From the NCBI RefSeq assembly GCF_009914755.1, contig NC_060926.1: 64,000 nt of DNA; one strand, 5' to 3'. The number at the start of each line of letters is the position of its first letter. The stretch's first letter is position 1. The notes beneath the pieces were generated by a model. The model saw only the letters and a list, made by a program, of their open reading frames with translations, made no database searches and was not told the DNA's origin. The position numbers and the translations under genes are program-made. This DNA comes from the human T2T-CHM13v2.0 reference genome, Homo sapiens. Shown piece after piece: positions 51,763-64,000 of the stretch.

Positions 51763-53269
51763 CCTCAAATGATATAATCCATAGATATTAACCATGATTA
51801 TGCCTGTGTAAGAGGAATAGTTATGACTTTTACATTTTCTTTATGCTTATTTATGTCTTTAAACTTTTCTACGATAGGCTATGTAGAATATTGCTATATA
51901 ATTAAATAAATAATGTGAATAATTTTTTATAATGAGTTAGTAAGTAACATCTTGGTTCTTTCACATGTGTGATCAGTGCAATTCTGATTACATTTTGTGC
52001 TTGGATGAAAATAAAAACTTCATTTCTCATTTTAATCAACCCCTGCATTAATCTCTGGCAGTAGTTGGGTATACTGAACTGTTCTTTCAATGATAATCTT
52101 GTGAAAGGTAACTGTTTTCCCAAAAATGCATCACCCTAATGAACCACCCATTGATACAGGACTGTTACTCATTAGCCGCCTTCTATACACTAAGATTTGA
52201 AAACCAGGGAAGGAGAGTTTAAAACTGACACAAATTCCCAGTAATGAAGTGCACTAAGATTTCTTTCCCCCAAATTACAATGAGGAGACCTCTTTGGATT
52301 TATTGTAAATTCTCAGTGAATATTCTCCATTAACAACATACCATTTTTCTTTGACTGCAGTGCATGTCATCCTTGCCTAGTGGGAACCCTAATTTGCTTT
52401 AAATTGCCAAAGTGCTCATTATGGAATGCTTAGTAGCTAGAGTTTGTACATAATATTTGAAAATCAACCTTAATTTTTCTGCCTGAGATGAACACTTGGA
52501 TTCCACAGTAAACATAATCAGAGATTTACAGAAACCTAGTGAACTCTGTTTATTATACTTGTCTGGAATAGCTACAGAAAAGGTCAGAGGTCCAACATCT
52601 TCATGCAGAGACAGATCATGTTCTAGCTGGTTCTGAGGAGAAAAAAACAGTAGGTGATGCTTTAATGAATGGCTTATCATGTGAAACACACTATGTGATA
52701 ATAGCAGTGTTGGTAAGACAAGAAGGAAGTTTTTTCTTTCCTTCTTTGTAAGGGCTTAGTTTTACATTGCTTTAATGCTAACATTTCAATAGTACCATAT
52801 AAAACAGTTCACTGAGAAACTTAAATTCTGCAATGAGTCAAGTGATTGATTTCATAAACTAAATTAGAAACTTTTAAATTTTATTTTATTTTGGCAAAAG
52901 CTGGCCTTTTATAAAATGTAAGCATCTGGGCTAGAAACTTTTTGATTTCTTGAATTTATGATTTTCTTTTATGCTTCCCTAGGCCTTAAGTGAAGAAAAC
53001 AGGAAAGAGGCCTCCCAGAGGTGGAAGTTGTATTGTAAAAAGTGGTCTTATGTTTTAAGATAACTTGTGGGAATGATAGGAAGGATGTGAATAGGCATCC
53101 CTTGTTTTTGTGAGTTCGTTTTTTCAGAATGCAATGAACCAATTAGGACATTTAGCTTACCAGATTCTCCTGACTTCAAACTACTCTCCTCCCCTCATTC
53201 AGCCAGCAAAACAAGAATAGGCTCAATGTCTAAAAGAAATTGTTGCATACCAATCAGTTCCTCTCTAAC

Positions 53270-53752
53270 TTTTATTTTATACATTTTTATTTTAAATTCC
53301 GGGTACATGTGCAGGTTTGTTACATAGGTAAACATGTGCCATAGTGGTTGCTGCACCTATCAACCCATCACCTAGGTATTAAGCCCAGCATAAATTAGCT
53401 ATTTTTCCTAATTCTCTGCCTCCCCGCTACCAAACTCCCCAACAGGCCCCAGTGTGTGTTGTTCCCCTCCCTGTGTCCATGTGTTCTCATTGTTCAGCTT
53501 CCACTTATACATGAGAACATGCGGTGTTTGGTTTTCTGTTCCTGTGTTAGTTTTCTGAGAATAATGGCTTCCAGCTCTATCCATGTCCCTGCAAAGTATG
53601 TGATCTTGTTCCTTTTCATGGCTGCATAGTATTCCATGGTGTATACGTACCACATTTTCTTTACCCAGCCTATTATTGATGGGTATTTGGGTTGTTTCCA
53701 TGTCTTTGCTACTGTGAATAGTGTTGCAATGAACATATGCATGCATGTATTT
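53270..53752 (-). mobile_element. L1PA (about PA8-PA10) 3' end, 5'-truncated
   Basis: gggtacatgtgcaggtttgttacataggtaaacatgtgcc, caacaggccccagtgtgtgttgttcccctccctgtgtcc; the minus ORF encodes the ORF2 C-terminus (MFIATLFTVAKTWKQPKYPS...WYVYTMEYYAAMK); TSD taacttt. Confidence 0.93.
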
Positions 53753-53924
53753 AACTTTGATATGCATAGGAATAATGTAGAGACCATTATTGTGCAGGTC
53801 TGCGATTGATTCTTCATTTCTAACATGCTTCTGTGAGGGTGATGCTGCCTGTCAGCAGACCATTCTTTGTGTAGAAAGATTGTACACAGGTTAACAAAAA
53901 AAACAGTAATTGAAAGGATAATTC

Positions 53925-54940
53925 CATGTGTCAATAGATCAATAGAACAGAATGGAGTGATGAAAAAGGGGTCCTAATATAATGAGAACTTAGTAAATAA
54001 TAAAGGTAGATATTTTCATCAATGAGGAAAGAAGGATTTAGCCCATCATTAGTGTTGAGGAAATGGATCAGATCTTTGATGCAAAGAATATCATCTTCCT
54101 CTTTCACATCAATACTAAAGTCATTGCCAGGCATATTGCAAAATCTTGTGTAAAGTTCAATACTATAAAAAAGTCAAAGCATAAAACTATAAAATAAGCA
54201 TAAACTCAGAATGGGGCGTAATTTAAAGTATAAAACAAAGGCAAAACTACAAAGGATAACAATTGATATATCTGACAAAATACACATAAACTTTTTTATG
54301 TTAAAATAATTGTGAGGTAAATAAGTTATGAACATATTTACAGAGTGTAACATTTCTAGTAAAAAATTGATTATTGAAAGTTTCTATCATATGACTCAGT
54401 AATTCTACTTATTTTAGCAAAATATTCCAAGATGTGTATAAAGGTATTTTCATATAGATATGAACCATAGCATAAATGAGTATATTAAAAACAGAAAATA
54501 TCCAAATTAAATAATTGGGAATGAGCTAAAATGTCTAGACTGTGAAATACTAGGAAAATATATTGAGTGATAGTTTAAACGAATATTTAAAATTATATGG
54601 AATTTTCATGGTTATTTTTAAGTGTGAAGTAGATTATCAAATTATATTAAATGTCTGTATATATACAAGTATGCATATAATACATATAAGATATTATGCA
54701 TATGCATGTGTTTACATATACCAATGATGATTAATGGATTGATAGATAGATAGATAATAGTAGGTAGATAGATATACCCACATATATATATATCCACACA
54801 GAGGAGAAAACATTAGGAAAAGACATATTTTAACAAACATTTGCTCTGTTTAGTGGGATTACAGGTGATGCTATTTTATTCTTTACATTGTTCTATATAT
54901 CCAAATTTTCTGTAACAAAATGCATTATTTTTATAATCAT
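53925..54940 (+). mobile_element. old L1ME/L1MC4-type fragments
   Basis: aatagatcaatagaacagaat, tatcatatgactcagtaattctact, gtgggattacaggtgatgctattttattcttta ... ccaaattttctgtaac ... ttatttttataatca. Confidence 0.6.
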
Positions 54941-56789
54941 AATAGGGACTATAGTAGTTCTTTTTTAATAAGTAAGAACTACGAGCCTAGAAAATATATG
55001 TTTTTCATAACGCAACAATTTTAGTCTGGATAAAACCAAAATCAAAGAAGGCCCAGAGCATTCTCTGCCCTAATAGTAGAACCTCTCACCCCTAAATAAT
55101 GCAAAAGGGACTCCAAGGGACAAGAATCCAGATTTTCCTTAATTTTTGATTTGTCAATCATAAGCCATTATTAAACATCTACGATATGTCTAGCACTCTG
55201 TAAATGCATCTGTTTGTAAGACTATTGTAATGAGTTAACATGACAAAATATACATACTTGGAAATCAAAAGATTTTTTTGTTACAGTTAAGGACACATTT
55301 CCACTTTGAGATTTTTCTGATTTGCCTATTTTAAAACACAGTTGTGTCAGGAAAAGAAATACCTTTGATTTAGTGAGACCACAGATGTGATGACCACTGT
55401 GCATATGTTATATATAAATACATAATCTTTTGCAAAGTAGATATTATCATCCGTCATGTTGCAGATTCAGTAATTGAGATTTGTTTAACATCTCAGAAGA
55501 AAGAACCCCATCCGTCTAGGACTATAGCCAGTGTTCTTTCCTTTATGCTAAGTTGCCTATTGTTAGAATTTTTACTTAATAAACAAGGAAAAGCAAGAAA
55601 AAAAAAAAGAAACGTCCTATGCTATTGAGTGTTATGGATTTGTTACCAGGTGCTAGGTCTGTACAGCTTCTGGGGATAGTCTGTCCTGATTTCTTAGCCT
55701 AACAGTCCTCTGTCTGTCCAGGAGCAGGGATCAGGCATTAATTGAGTTATTTCGAGTCTGTTTTGTGACTATAGATGTCCTCTAGGAAAAGTGCCGAATG
55801 TGTTCTTTGAGGATCAGTCATTTATTAAACTTCTCACACACTTTAGAGAACTAGTAAACAAATGGGAGCAAATTGTGACTAAAGAGACAAACCTTACGGT
55901 GTCTTAATTATTAATATTTATAAAGAGGCTAAAGAGGTCATGGAAATGTCTTCTCTGATGGACCAGTACTTCTGCTCCAGGTTATAAGGGAACAGGTGTG
56001 TGGCAGTAGCTCAAATATCTTGAACATATTTTTCTCCCTGCTGCCAAATACTTTTCACCAAAAAATAGGAAATTAATTTTTAACATGTTGCTTAATAAAA
56101 GAACCAACATGTATTTTAACGTGGAAAAAAGTCACTGTTGAAAACTGGCACTGAAAGAGTTAAGATGGGTCTAATGCAGGCCCTCCAGCAACCTACGGGA
56201 GAGTAACTTTGCCACTTCCTTCAGTGCACACTCAGAACAATTGGGTGTCCTTTGTTGCTGTTCTGGAATCATATGACCAGTCTTGGTTCTGCCCAACTGC
56301 TTCAGCAAGAACATGTTCTGTGGGTCTAGGGTGCTCTTAGGCCAATTATGTGCTTTATTTTCAATCTCAACCTTTATTTTCAAGCTCAATCTAAACCTGC
56401 AAATTCCACTTGTTTTCACTGATTTATGACTAACTTCTCTGAATTCATTAAACCCTTCCACCCAGTTCCACTCATTTACACAAAGAACATTTGACACACT
56501 GATTTGGATATCTTGCACATGGAAGGGAAAATTATCTTTCTGAGAACATTCTAGTTTTGCAGTTTTCTTATTTCAAAAAATATTAAAGTGAATATTTTAC
56601 TAAATTGTATTACTATTAACAATATATTATAAATAGATGCATAATAAAGATTTATGAGGTATATAATAATATATATTATATAATATATAACATACTATAG
56701 ATTAATTTAATACTGTCTAATATATTTTATTAATATTAAAGTAATTTATATCATGCCCAGAATGGGACAGTAGGTATAAGTTTAGGGAA

Positions 56790-57036
56790 ATTAGTATAGT
56801 TTGGTGGATAAGATGGTGAGTTCTGGAGCTAGAAACATAATTTTAAAATTCTAATCTGCCATTTATTTTTCAGCGTGACTTGGGCAAATTACCTAACTTC
56901 CTCTATTGCTTTGTTTACTTAGCTTATAAATGGACATAATGATGGTACCTATCTCAAAGTTTTGAAAGAAGGATTAAATAAAAATAATGCAGTGCTTGGA
57001 ATATAATAGTCTCTCAAGCAAAGTTAGCTACTATTA
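56790..57036 (+). mobile_element. MIR SINE
   Basis: gttctggagctaga ... gcgtgacttgggcaaattacctaacttc ... ataatgatggtacctatctca ... aagttagctactatt. Confidence 0.85.
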
Positions 57037-57722
57037 ATATTCTCTGAATTCTCATGGATTACACTACATTTTGGAGGATACACACATAAACACAGAAAGA
57101 CATGGACTCCTACTTAGGAAAACTTAAATTCTATCCGAGGACACAAAAAGATAAACAAATTGCTTCATCACAATATGGCAAGTGCTATGCTAGATGCACG
57201 ACCTGGGTCTATGGGAGCACAGAGAATTCACATTGGCCCTGACTCTGGTCGGGGGAGGATTCCTAGAGGGGACAGCATTTCCCAAGACTTGAAGGAAAAC
57301 CAGGCATTATTGAGGTAAGTAAAATACTTTGGAACATAAAAAGGCATATGAATGAAATGTACAGGATTTGGGAATTGATGTGGGACAGTTTCTGGATTTG
57401 CCTATCATATGGTCCTGGCAGTACCCACTGCCAGATGTAGGGCTACTGGAGGATATTTATGATGGGGAAATTAAATCTATCTACAGTTTGGGACATGTTA
57501 ATTTAGTTCCGCTTGTGACACAGTCAATTAAATGTATCTGGTGGGCATTTAGAGTCAAAATATCAGGGTCAGTACTGTCACAGTAAATTTGAAAATCTTC
57601 AGAATATAGGTGGTAGTTGAAACCACAGAGCAGATGAGATTTTGTTGTTGTTGTTGTTAGGTAAAAGAAATGGATGAGGAATAAAATTTTGGGTAGAAAT
57701 CAGCTTCAGATATCAAATAGAG

Positions 57723-57946
57723 GAGAATTTCTCAACCTCACCCCTTATGATGTCTTGCACTGAATAACGTTTTGTTGTTGTTGCGGAAGGCTGTCCTATG
57801 CAATACAGGATACCTGGCAGTTTCCTTGGGCCTCTTCTCACTAGAATCTAGGATCATTCCCTGCCTTCTCTGGTTATGGGCATGTGTCTCCACACATTGC
57901 CAAATATCCCCCAGAGGACAAAGTCACCTCTAGTTTGGAACTGATG
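57723..57946 (-). mobile_element. MER20 hAT-Charlie MITE
   Basis: tttctcaacctc ... ggctgtcctatgcaatacagga ... tgtctccacacattgccaaatatccccc ... caaagtcacctctagtttggaac. Confidence 0.85.
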
Positions 57947-58487
57947 AAACAGAAGAAGGGAAAATGTGAAGTAGAAGAAGAGGGATTTTCAGCATGGTAG
58001 GAAGAAAACAGCATTTTAATATTCTTGAAAACCACAAGGACAAATACTTTCAAAACACAGAATATTCATTGGTTTTTAAAGACAGGTAGTTTTAATCTTG
58101 GACAATGAAAACCGTTACTTAGATGTGTCAATATGAATGTCTGTGATTGAATTTGCCAGAGTAAATTCAGATGCATATGGAAGCCAGTTTATAATGGGTC
58201 AAGAGATGGCTGGATTGAAAGAGAGAACATAGAGACAATAAAAGTAGAAGAATCTTTTATGAAGTGTAGCTGAGATGGAACAGTAGAAAATAAGGCACTT
58301 GTGAGTGAGGTTACACGCACAGGGTGCAATTCATTTTGGTAAGAGAGGGAATGGGGAAGTTGAGAGTGAAAAGGAAAGAGAAGAAAACTGATGCAGCAAA
58401 TCAGGCAAGGTGTGAGATCAAGAGATTAGGGGAGAGGCTGATTGGGAGCACTTCATTCTTTCAGCCTAGAGGAAAGAAAAGCTTAAG

Positions 58488-59065
58488 TTTAGTTATCTTT
58501 TGCTTCATAACAAATTATCCCCAAACTTAATGGTTTGAAGTGACAATACTACTATCTCTCAGCTTCAGCACATCGAGAACTCAGATGCATCTTTGCTGAG
58601 TTCTCTGCTTCAGTTCTCTCACAGGCTCTAGCAAAGTTGTGGGCTAGGACCTAAGCCATCAAAGATCTACCTGAAAGGATATCCTTTCAAGATCACACAG
58701 CTGGTTCCTGGCAGGGTTTAGTTCCCTGTGAGATCTTGGACCCAAAACCTTAATTCCTTGCTGGTTACTGGAGGCTACCCTCAGTCCTTTGCCCTGCTGG
58801 TCTCTCTAGGCAGCTTATAACATGGCAATGTTCTTCATCGAAGTGAGCAAGCCAAGGAGAGTGACATAGAGAGACAAAGAAAGCGAGAGCAAAACAGAAT
58901 TCTGTTTTCTGTAATCTAATATCCAAAAAGATATCCCATCACTTTTGTCATATTCTGTTCCTTAGAGGCAAGTCACTAGGTCCATGCCATACAGGAGAGG
59001 TAGGGATTACACAAGGGCCTGAAGACCAGCCGTTGTTAGACTCCGTTTCAGGAATGGTATCCCAC
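58488..59065 (-). mobile_element. MLT1F-like MaLR LTR
   Basis: ttagttatcttttgcttcataacaaattatccccaaacttaatggttt, ggaggctaccctcagtcc, cccatcacttttgtcatattctgtt, gcaagtcactaggtcc, gggattacacaaggg. Confidence 0.85.
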
Positions 59066-59959
59066 AGTACGGAAACAGGAGCATATTTGTAAAAGAGGGG
59101 CACATAAAGCTGAGAGATTTCACACAGGATGGCCTCAAATTTCTCAAATATGTCTCTCTGAAGGTGAAGGGGAAAGTGCTGACTAGAAGGCTGAGGAATA
59201 ACATGAAGATTTGTAATATCTGCTGAATGAAACAGAAAAACTCGACCAAGAGCAAGAACAAGTAAAGAGTCTTGAAAGAGCTAACAGATCAGATATGGTC
59301 AAGGTCAATTAAGATTTTTGGCATCAATTTATAATTTGGGGGTTTCCTGTAGCAGGAATCACCATCCAGGTACAGAAAGAAGAAAATGCTGATTTTTGGA
59401 ACTCATTTATGACTGGAATTTATTCAGTGGTCACTGTAGAAGAATAGGTAGCCAGCATATTGAAAGACAGTGAGAGGCTATCCGCAGTTTGGCATCATAA
59501 ACTCTAGGCAGGAAAAGAGTGGAGGAGAGGAATGAAATGACAGAAACCAGAGACTTTAGGGCTCTATATAATAAAAAAGAGATTATTGGAGAAATTGGAA
59601 TGAGAGAGAACATAGTGGGTGAAAGTTCATGGTCAAAGATAAAAATGCAGGATATCCAGACATTTGATATGGAGCAATTCTAGGTTACAGCAAGGTCCCT
59701 CTGCCACCACAGCTAAAATCTGCAGTAAAGTGGTACTGAAAATCAGTGGTGGGTGGAGGCCCAGGAAATGTGATTGCATCGAAAGAATCAGATTGATCGA
59801 AATACAAGATGTCAGAGTAGAGAACATCTTAGGAAACTTGGGAAATACAGATTATTTTTGTAACTGAGAATCAATATGATAAAGTGGAAGGTATCAAACA
59901 GACCGATTGATGTACTCTTAATAAAGATGTTGATAACTGGGGCTGATATTTTTACTAAC

Positions 59960-60190
59960 AACTGGGAGTTAGTTATCATAGGAGTCACCATACATTTCTG
60001 GAGCCTATTCTGGTTTCATGTCTTACCAAACCCGATTTTGCTAAGTCATGTAACCTAACACCCATTTTACTTACCTATATAATGGGAATTGTACTTATTT
60101 CATAGAATGATGGTGATCACATGAGATCATGCCTGTAAATCACCTAGAAGATGGTAGACAATCAACTCATGGTGAGATCATCCTTCTTAC
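59960..60190 (+). mobile_element. MIR fragment
   Basis: tataatgggaattgtacttatttcatagaatgatggtgatcacatgagatcatgcctgtaaatcacctagaa. Confidence 0.65.
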
Positions 60191-61046
60191 TTATTTACTG
60201 GCCATTTTGAGTTAGGGTAAAAAATCCCAAGCATAGAGTTGGAAATCTACTTGAATATAAAATAATATATTACAAAAAATAATGTAGTCTTGTGTGATGT
60301 TACTACTTCTCTCTGTTGGATGTAGAAATGAGCACTCCTTGTCTCAAGTCTTCTCCTAAGTGTTTATAGACTGTCAGTTTGCTCATTCAGGTTGAAGTGC
60401 CCTTAGACTTGAACCAGCTGTCTGTGGATCCAGTTAACAAACTGAGGAAGACTCACTGGTGAAGGAAGGAAATTGCTCATGCTGACAATTTGAAGTAGTA
60501 TACACCCTTACCCTTCAGTATCAAACCCATCTCAGATAAATTTACTGCCTTTGGTCAGCTTTGCTTTTTGAAAGATAAAGCACTGTATGAAGCCCTGATT
60601 TTTTTCAGCTTTTAATATCTTCCTCTGCACAAAGTTATGTAGATCTATGATCTGCATATGGAGGATCAATCCTTCAAATACAGGCTTACCTGGAGGAGGG
60701 TAGAAAGTAATAAGACAAAACTACTAGAGTTATTTTTATCATTCTTTTTTATTTACACTCATCTGGCTCATTAAAAAAAAGTTATTGAAAAGAGCTAACA
60801 GCAGTATATGAAGTTAAGTTATCTATGATGACACACCCAAAGGAAAAAAAAATAGATCACTTGGAATGGTCCACAACTGAACTGATGCATCTGTCATCAG
60901 CATTATTTTAGAGTTGATAAACTTGCCACATTTTTTTATTCATTTGGGAAAACAGGGTCATACACAAAGAGGATTCCTTTATTAACAACATGTACAGATA
61001 TGCTTTCCAAATACATTCATCTTAGCTCATTTATATGAAAAGTGGG

Positions 61047-61526
61047 AATATACTAATCAAGATAAAGACTTAGCTGGCGTAAAAAATAAACTCAAAATTA
61101 CAATAACTTTATAGACAAAAGTTTCCCCTCTTACATAATAGCATCTGCGTGAAAAGTTCCGTTTGGTGGCATAGCTCTGATCCACACTGCCTTTCAAAGC
61201 CCAGGGTTTCTTACATCTTCCTGTTCATCCACCTCTAATTATTTTCCTCATCTGCCTAACTCAAGCTGGCATCAGTTTGTTAGTGTTTGTGGGAAAGGTG
61301 AAAAGAGTGTGTAGAGGATATATAGTTACTGTTTCTAGGCCCACACCTGGAAGTGGCACACATTACTTCTCACATTCTGTTTATGAGGATTTCATCTTAT
61401 GGATACATAGAGCTGCAAGGGTGTCTGGAAATGTAATAATCCCTATCTGGGGAGGTAGGGTATATGTTTCTAATACTGTGAAGAAGGAACAGGGACTTTA
61501 GTAAACAAGTAGCAATCTGTGTCAAA
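61047..61526 (-). mobile_element. MLT1J/K-like MaLR LTR
   Basis: cctggaagtggcacacattacttctcacattctgtt ... agctgcaagggtgtctggaaatgtaat ... agtagcaatctgtgtc. Confidence 0.7.
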
Positions 61527-62687
61527 AGGAGTAAATTAAACAAAATCAATATTATCCAGATAGCAATTCCAAATAAATGCAGTGATTCCTTTACAAAGTA
61601 TACAAATAAAAGGCTATTTCTTAGGCTTTCCTAGGCTGCATAATGAAAAGCATAGTTATCAAAAATGTAAAGCCAAGAAATATTTTATTTTCCTTTTTGG
61701 AAGAAATTTCTGATTTTATTTGGTTCAAACTGTTCTGTAGCATTTCCTAAGGAGATATATTAAAGTTAGAAGAAAACCAAGCAAGCTCATTAGGAGAACA
61801 TACGGAAGACTATTGCAATTATTTTGAGTCGTCAATTTTATCCATGCTTAACATGCAAGTGATGCCAGCTCAAGTAATACCAAAGATAACTGGACAACTA
61901 AGAGTTGTTGTCAAAGTCTTCTCTATATTTTTAAACAAGGTATTAGTTGTAAAAATAATATTTATAAAATGAGTGAATGACTTGCTTGCACTTTTACTAT
62001 GTATAAAAATTAAACTTTTAATTTTAAGAGGGATATAAGATTAATAGGAGGGAGATGCACAGCTATGAAAGGATCCTTTTCTCTCAATGTTTCACACAGA
62101 TAATATAATCTATGTTTTCATACTAAAGTTGAGGGTGTCAAACTGAATAGAGAGTTAGTGATATGTGAATATAGAGATCTGTAAGTATATCTCCAGTGTA
62201 ACTCACTTCACCAGCTTGAGGAATAATTAAAGACTCATTTCTTTTCAATATTTAAATAAATTTTCCAAGTAACTGGAAAGGCACCCATTACATTTTAGTG
62301 TGTTTCCTCTCTTAAAAAGTTCATGAACACCTAGAGCTTATTTAGTCTGAAGAAACCTGTCCTGCTTTCATATGTGAAGGAGAAAGACAACTGGAGAAAC
62401 TGATCTGCCACCCATGGGCCCAGTTTTCTGTGTTCTGCTGTGTCTATTTTGATCATAACATACACATCCCTAATGAAAACTGGTCCAACACAATTTGAAG
62501 TGCCCTTGTTCACCGCTATAGTGATGCTTTACCAGATGTAGGGAGGTTGATTCCACCACCTCATGATTTCTGCACTTTGGATTAATCAAGAAATATCCAG
62601 ATTTGGGATTCCAAGCTTATAGAAGTTTACAGATGTTAGCTGACTTCTGTTGCCCTTTTATCGTTTCCATAGTTGACTTCTGGCTTC

Positions 62688-63262
<575 letters not shown>

Positions 63263-63319
63263 ATCTGGCGCTTGGTGTTGAATGTAGGTCTTTAAGTCGT
63301 GCTGTCCTTTCCCTCACGT

Positions 63320-64000
63320 CAGTAATTCTCAAAGTGTGACTGGGGAGTTTGGAAATCCTAAGATTCTTTCAGAGATATCTATGAGATCAAAAGTATTTTC
63401 ATAATAATAATAAAAGATATTACTCAACTTTTTCATTTTCATTCTCTCACAAAAAAGCACAGTTTAAATTTTGTACTGTGTATTTGAAAGATCTGCATAA
63501 TTCAGTGGACCAATATTTTTCAAATCATCAACGCATGATTTTACAAAATCATGCATAGTTAAAAGATTTATTCAAAATGTGTGATAGACTAATTGGTATT
63601 GATGCAAATGAGTATAACAAATCCATCGATATTGTTTTAGGTTCCATATTGGAATCTAACTCATCTTAAAGAAACTACCACTTGTCAAGTTTTGGTATAT
63701 TAAATAATATAAAAACTATGTTGAAGAAAGTTTAAACTATCCCTCCATTTTTCAACTACCTATCTGTGTGAGATTGAGTTTTCTTTACATACTTCACCCA
63801 AAATAACACATCTTAACAGACTGAATGCAGAAACAGATATAAGAATCCAGTCTTTTTTTACTGTCAGATGTTAATTTGTAAAATGTAAAGAATATTTTTT
63901 ACTTTAAACATTATAGTCTTAATAAAATATGCAATTTATATAAATAAGGATTAAGGATAAGCATTATTTTATTTAGTACATATTTTAAAAATATCTGTAT
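63320..64000 (+). mobile_element. Charlie1-family hAT DNA transposon (deletion derivative, runs off the window)
   Basis: TIR-like cagtaattctcaaagtgtg; aaaagtattttcataataata; decayed transposase C-terminus FSTTYLCEIEFS...K...NRLNAETDIRIQ at about 63750-63850. Confidence 0.85.

Larger units (their letters stand above)
57095..59900 (-). mobile_element. fragmented L2 LINE interrupted by MER20 and MLT1F
   Basis: cacaatatggcaagtgctatgctaga, ctatgggagcacagag, tttgggacatgttaatttag, atataggtggtagttgaaacca, ggtaggaagaaaac: L2 pieces on both sides of the nested elements. Confidence 0.6.

Noticed and set aside
53408-53934. 146-aa and 119-aa minus-strand ORFs
   Set aside because: L1PA ORF2 C-terminus and 3'UTR of a 5'-truncated, inactive copy
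56171-56518. 115-aa minus-strand ORF in unique DNA
   Set aside because: No recognisable homology, non-ATG start and no supporting gene structure; length expected by chance
58575-58605. 10-bp inverted repeat gagaactcag / ctgagttctc
   Set aside because: Inside an MLT1 LTR; short and plausible by chance
63533-63554. Perfect 10-bp-arm palindrome gcatgatttt-ac-aaaatcatgc
   Set aside because: Lies in Charlie1, whose consensus as I recall is already nearly palindromic here

Overview
AT-rich, CpG-poor primate (simian, probably human or ape) genomic DNA that looks like a gene desert or very large intron. I find no intact protein-coding gene, tRNA, rRNA, CRISPR array or CpG island. The only gene-derived sequence is a full-length, heavily decayed RPL6 processed pseudogene (about 23265-24155, +). 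Much of the window is interspersed repeats: 6 Alus, 1 FLAM, old L1M and L1PA fragments, many L2/MIR relics, MaLR LTRs (MST, THE1, MLT1), an LTR33-like LTR, hAT DNA transposons (MER58A, MER45A, MER20, three MER102, Charlie1) and microsatellites. Repeat family names are recognised from memory of consensus sequences, so subfamily calls and boundaries are approximate. Between repeats are multi-kb unique blocks with dense developmental TF motif clusters (PBX-HOX plus MEIS, TCF/LEF, DR1, ISRE), which are candidate enhancers. There are also several well-formed + strand exon candidates that could belong to a lncRNA. Direct sequence oddities include a 174-bp local duplication wrapped in self-complementary filler, a 65-bp dispersed duplication, a three-layer TE nest and a FLAM hairpin that appears corrected to a perfect palindrome. 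I cannot support a previously undescribed biological system from sequence alone; the findings are testable leads.
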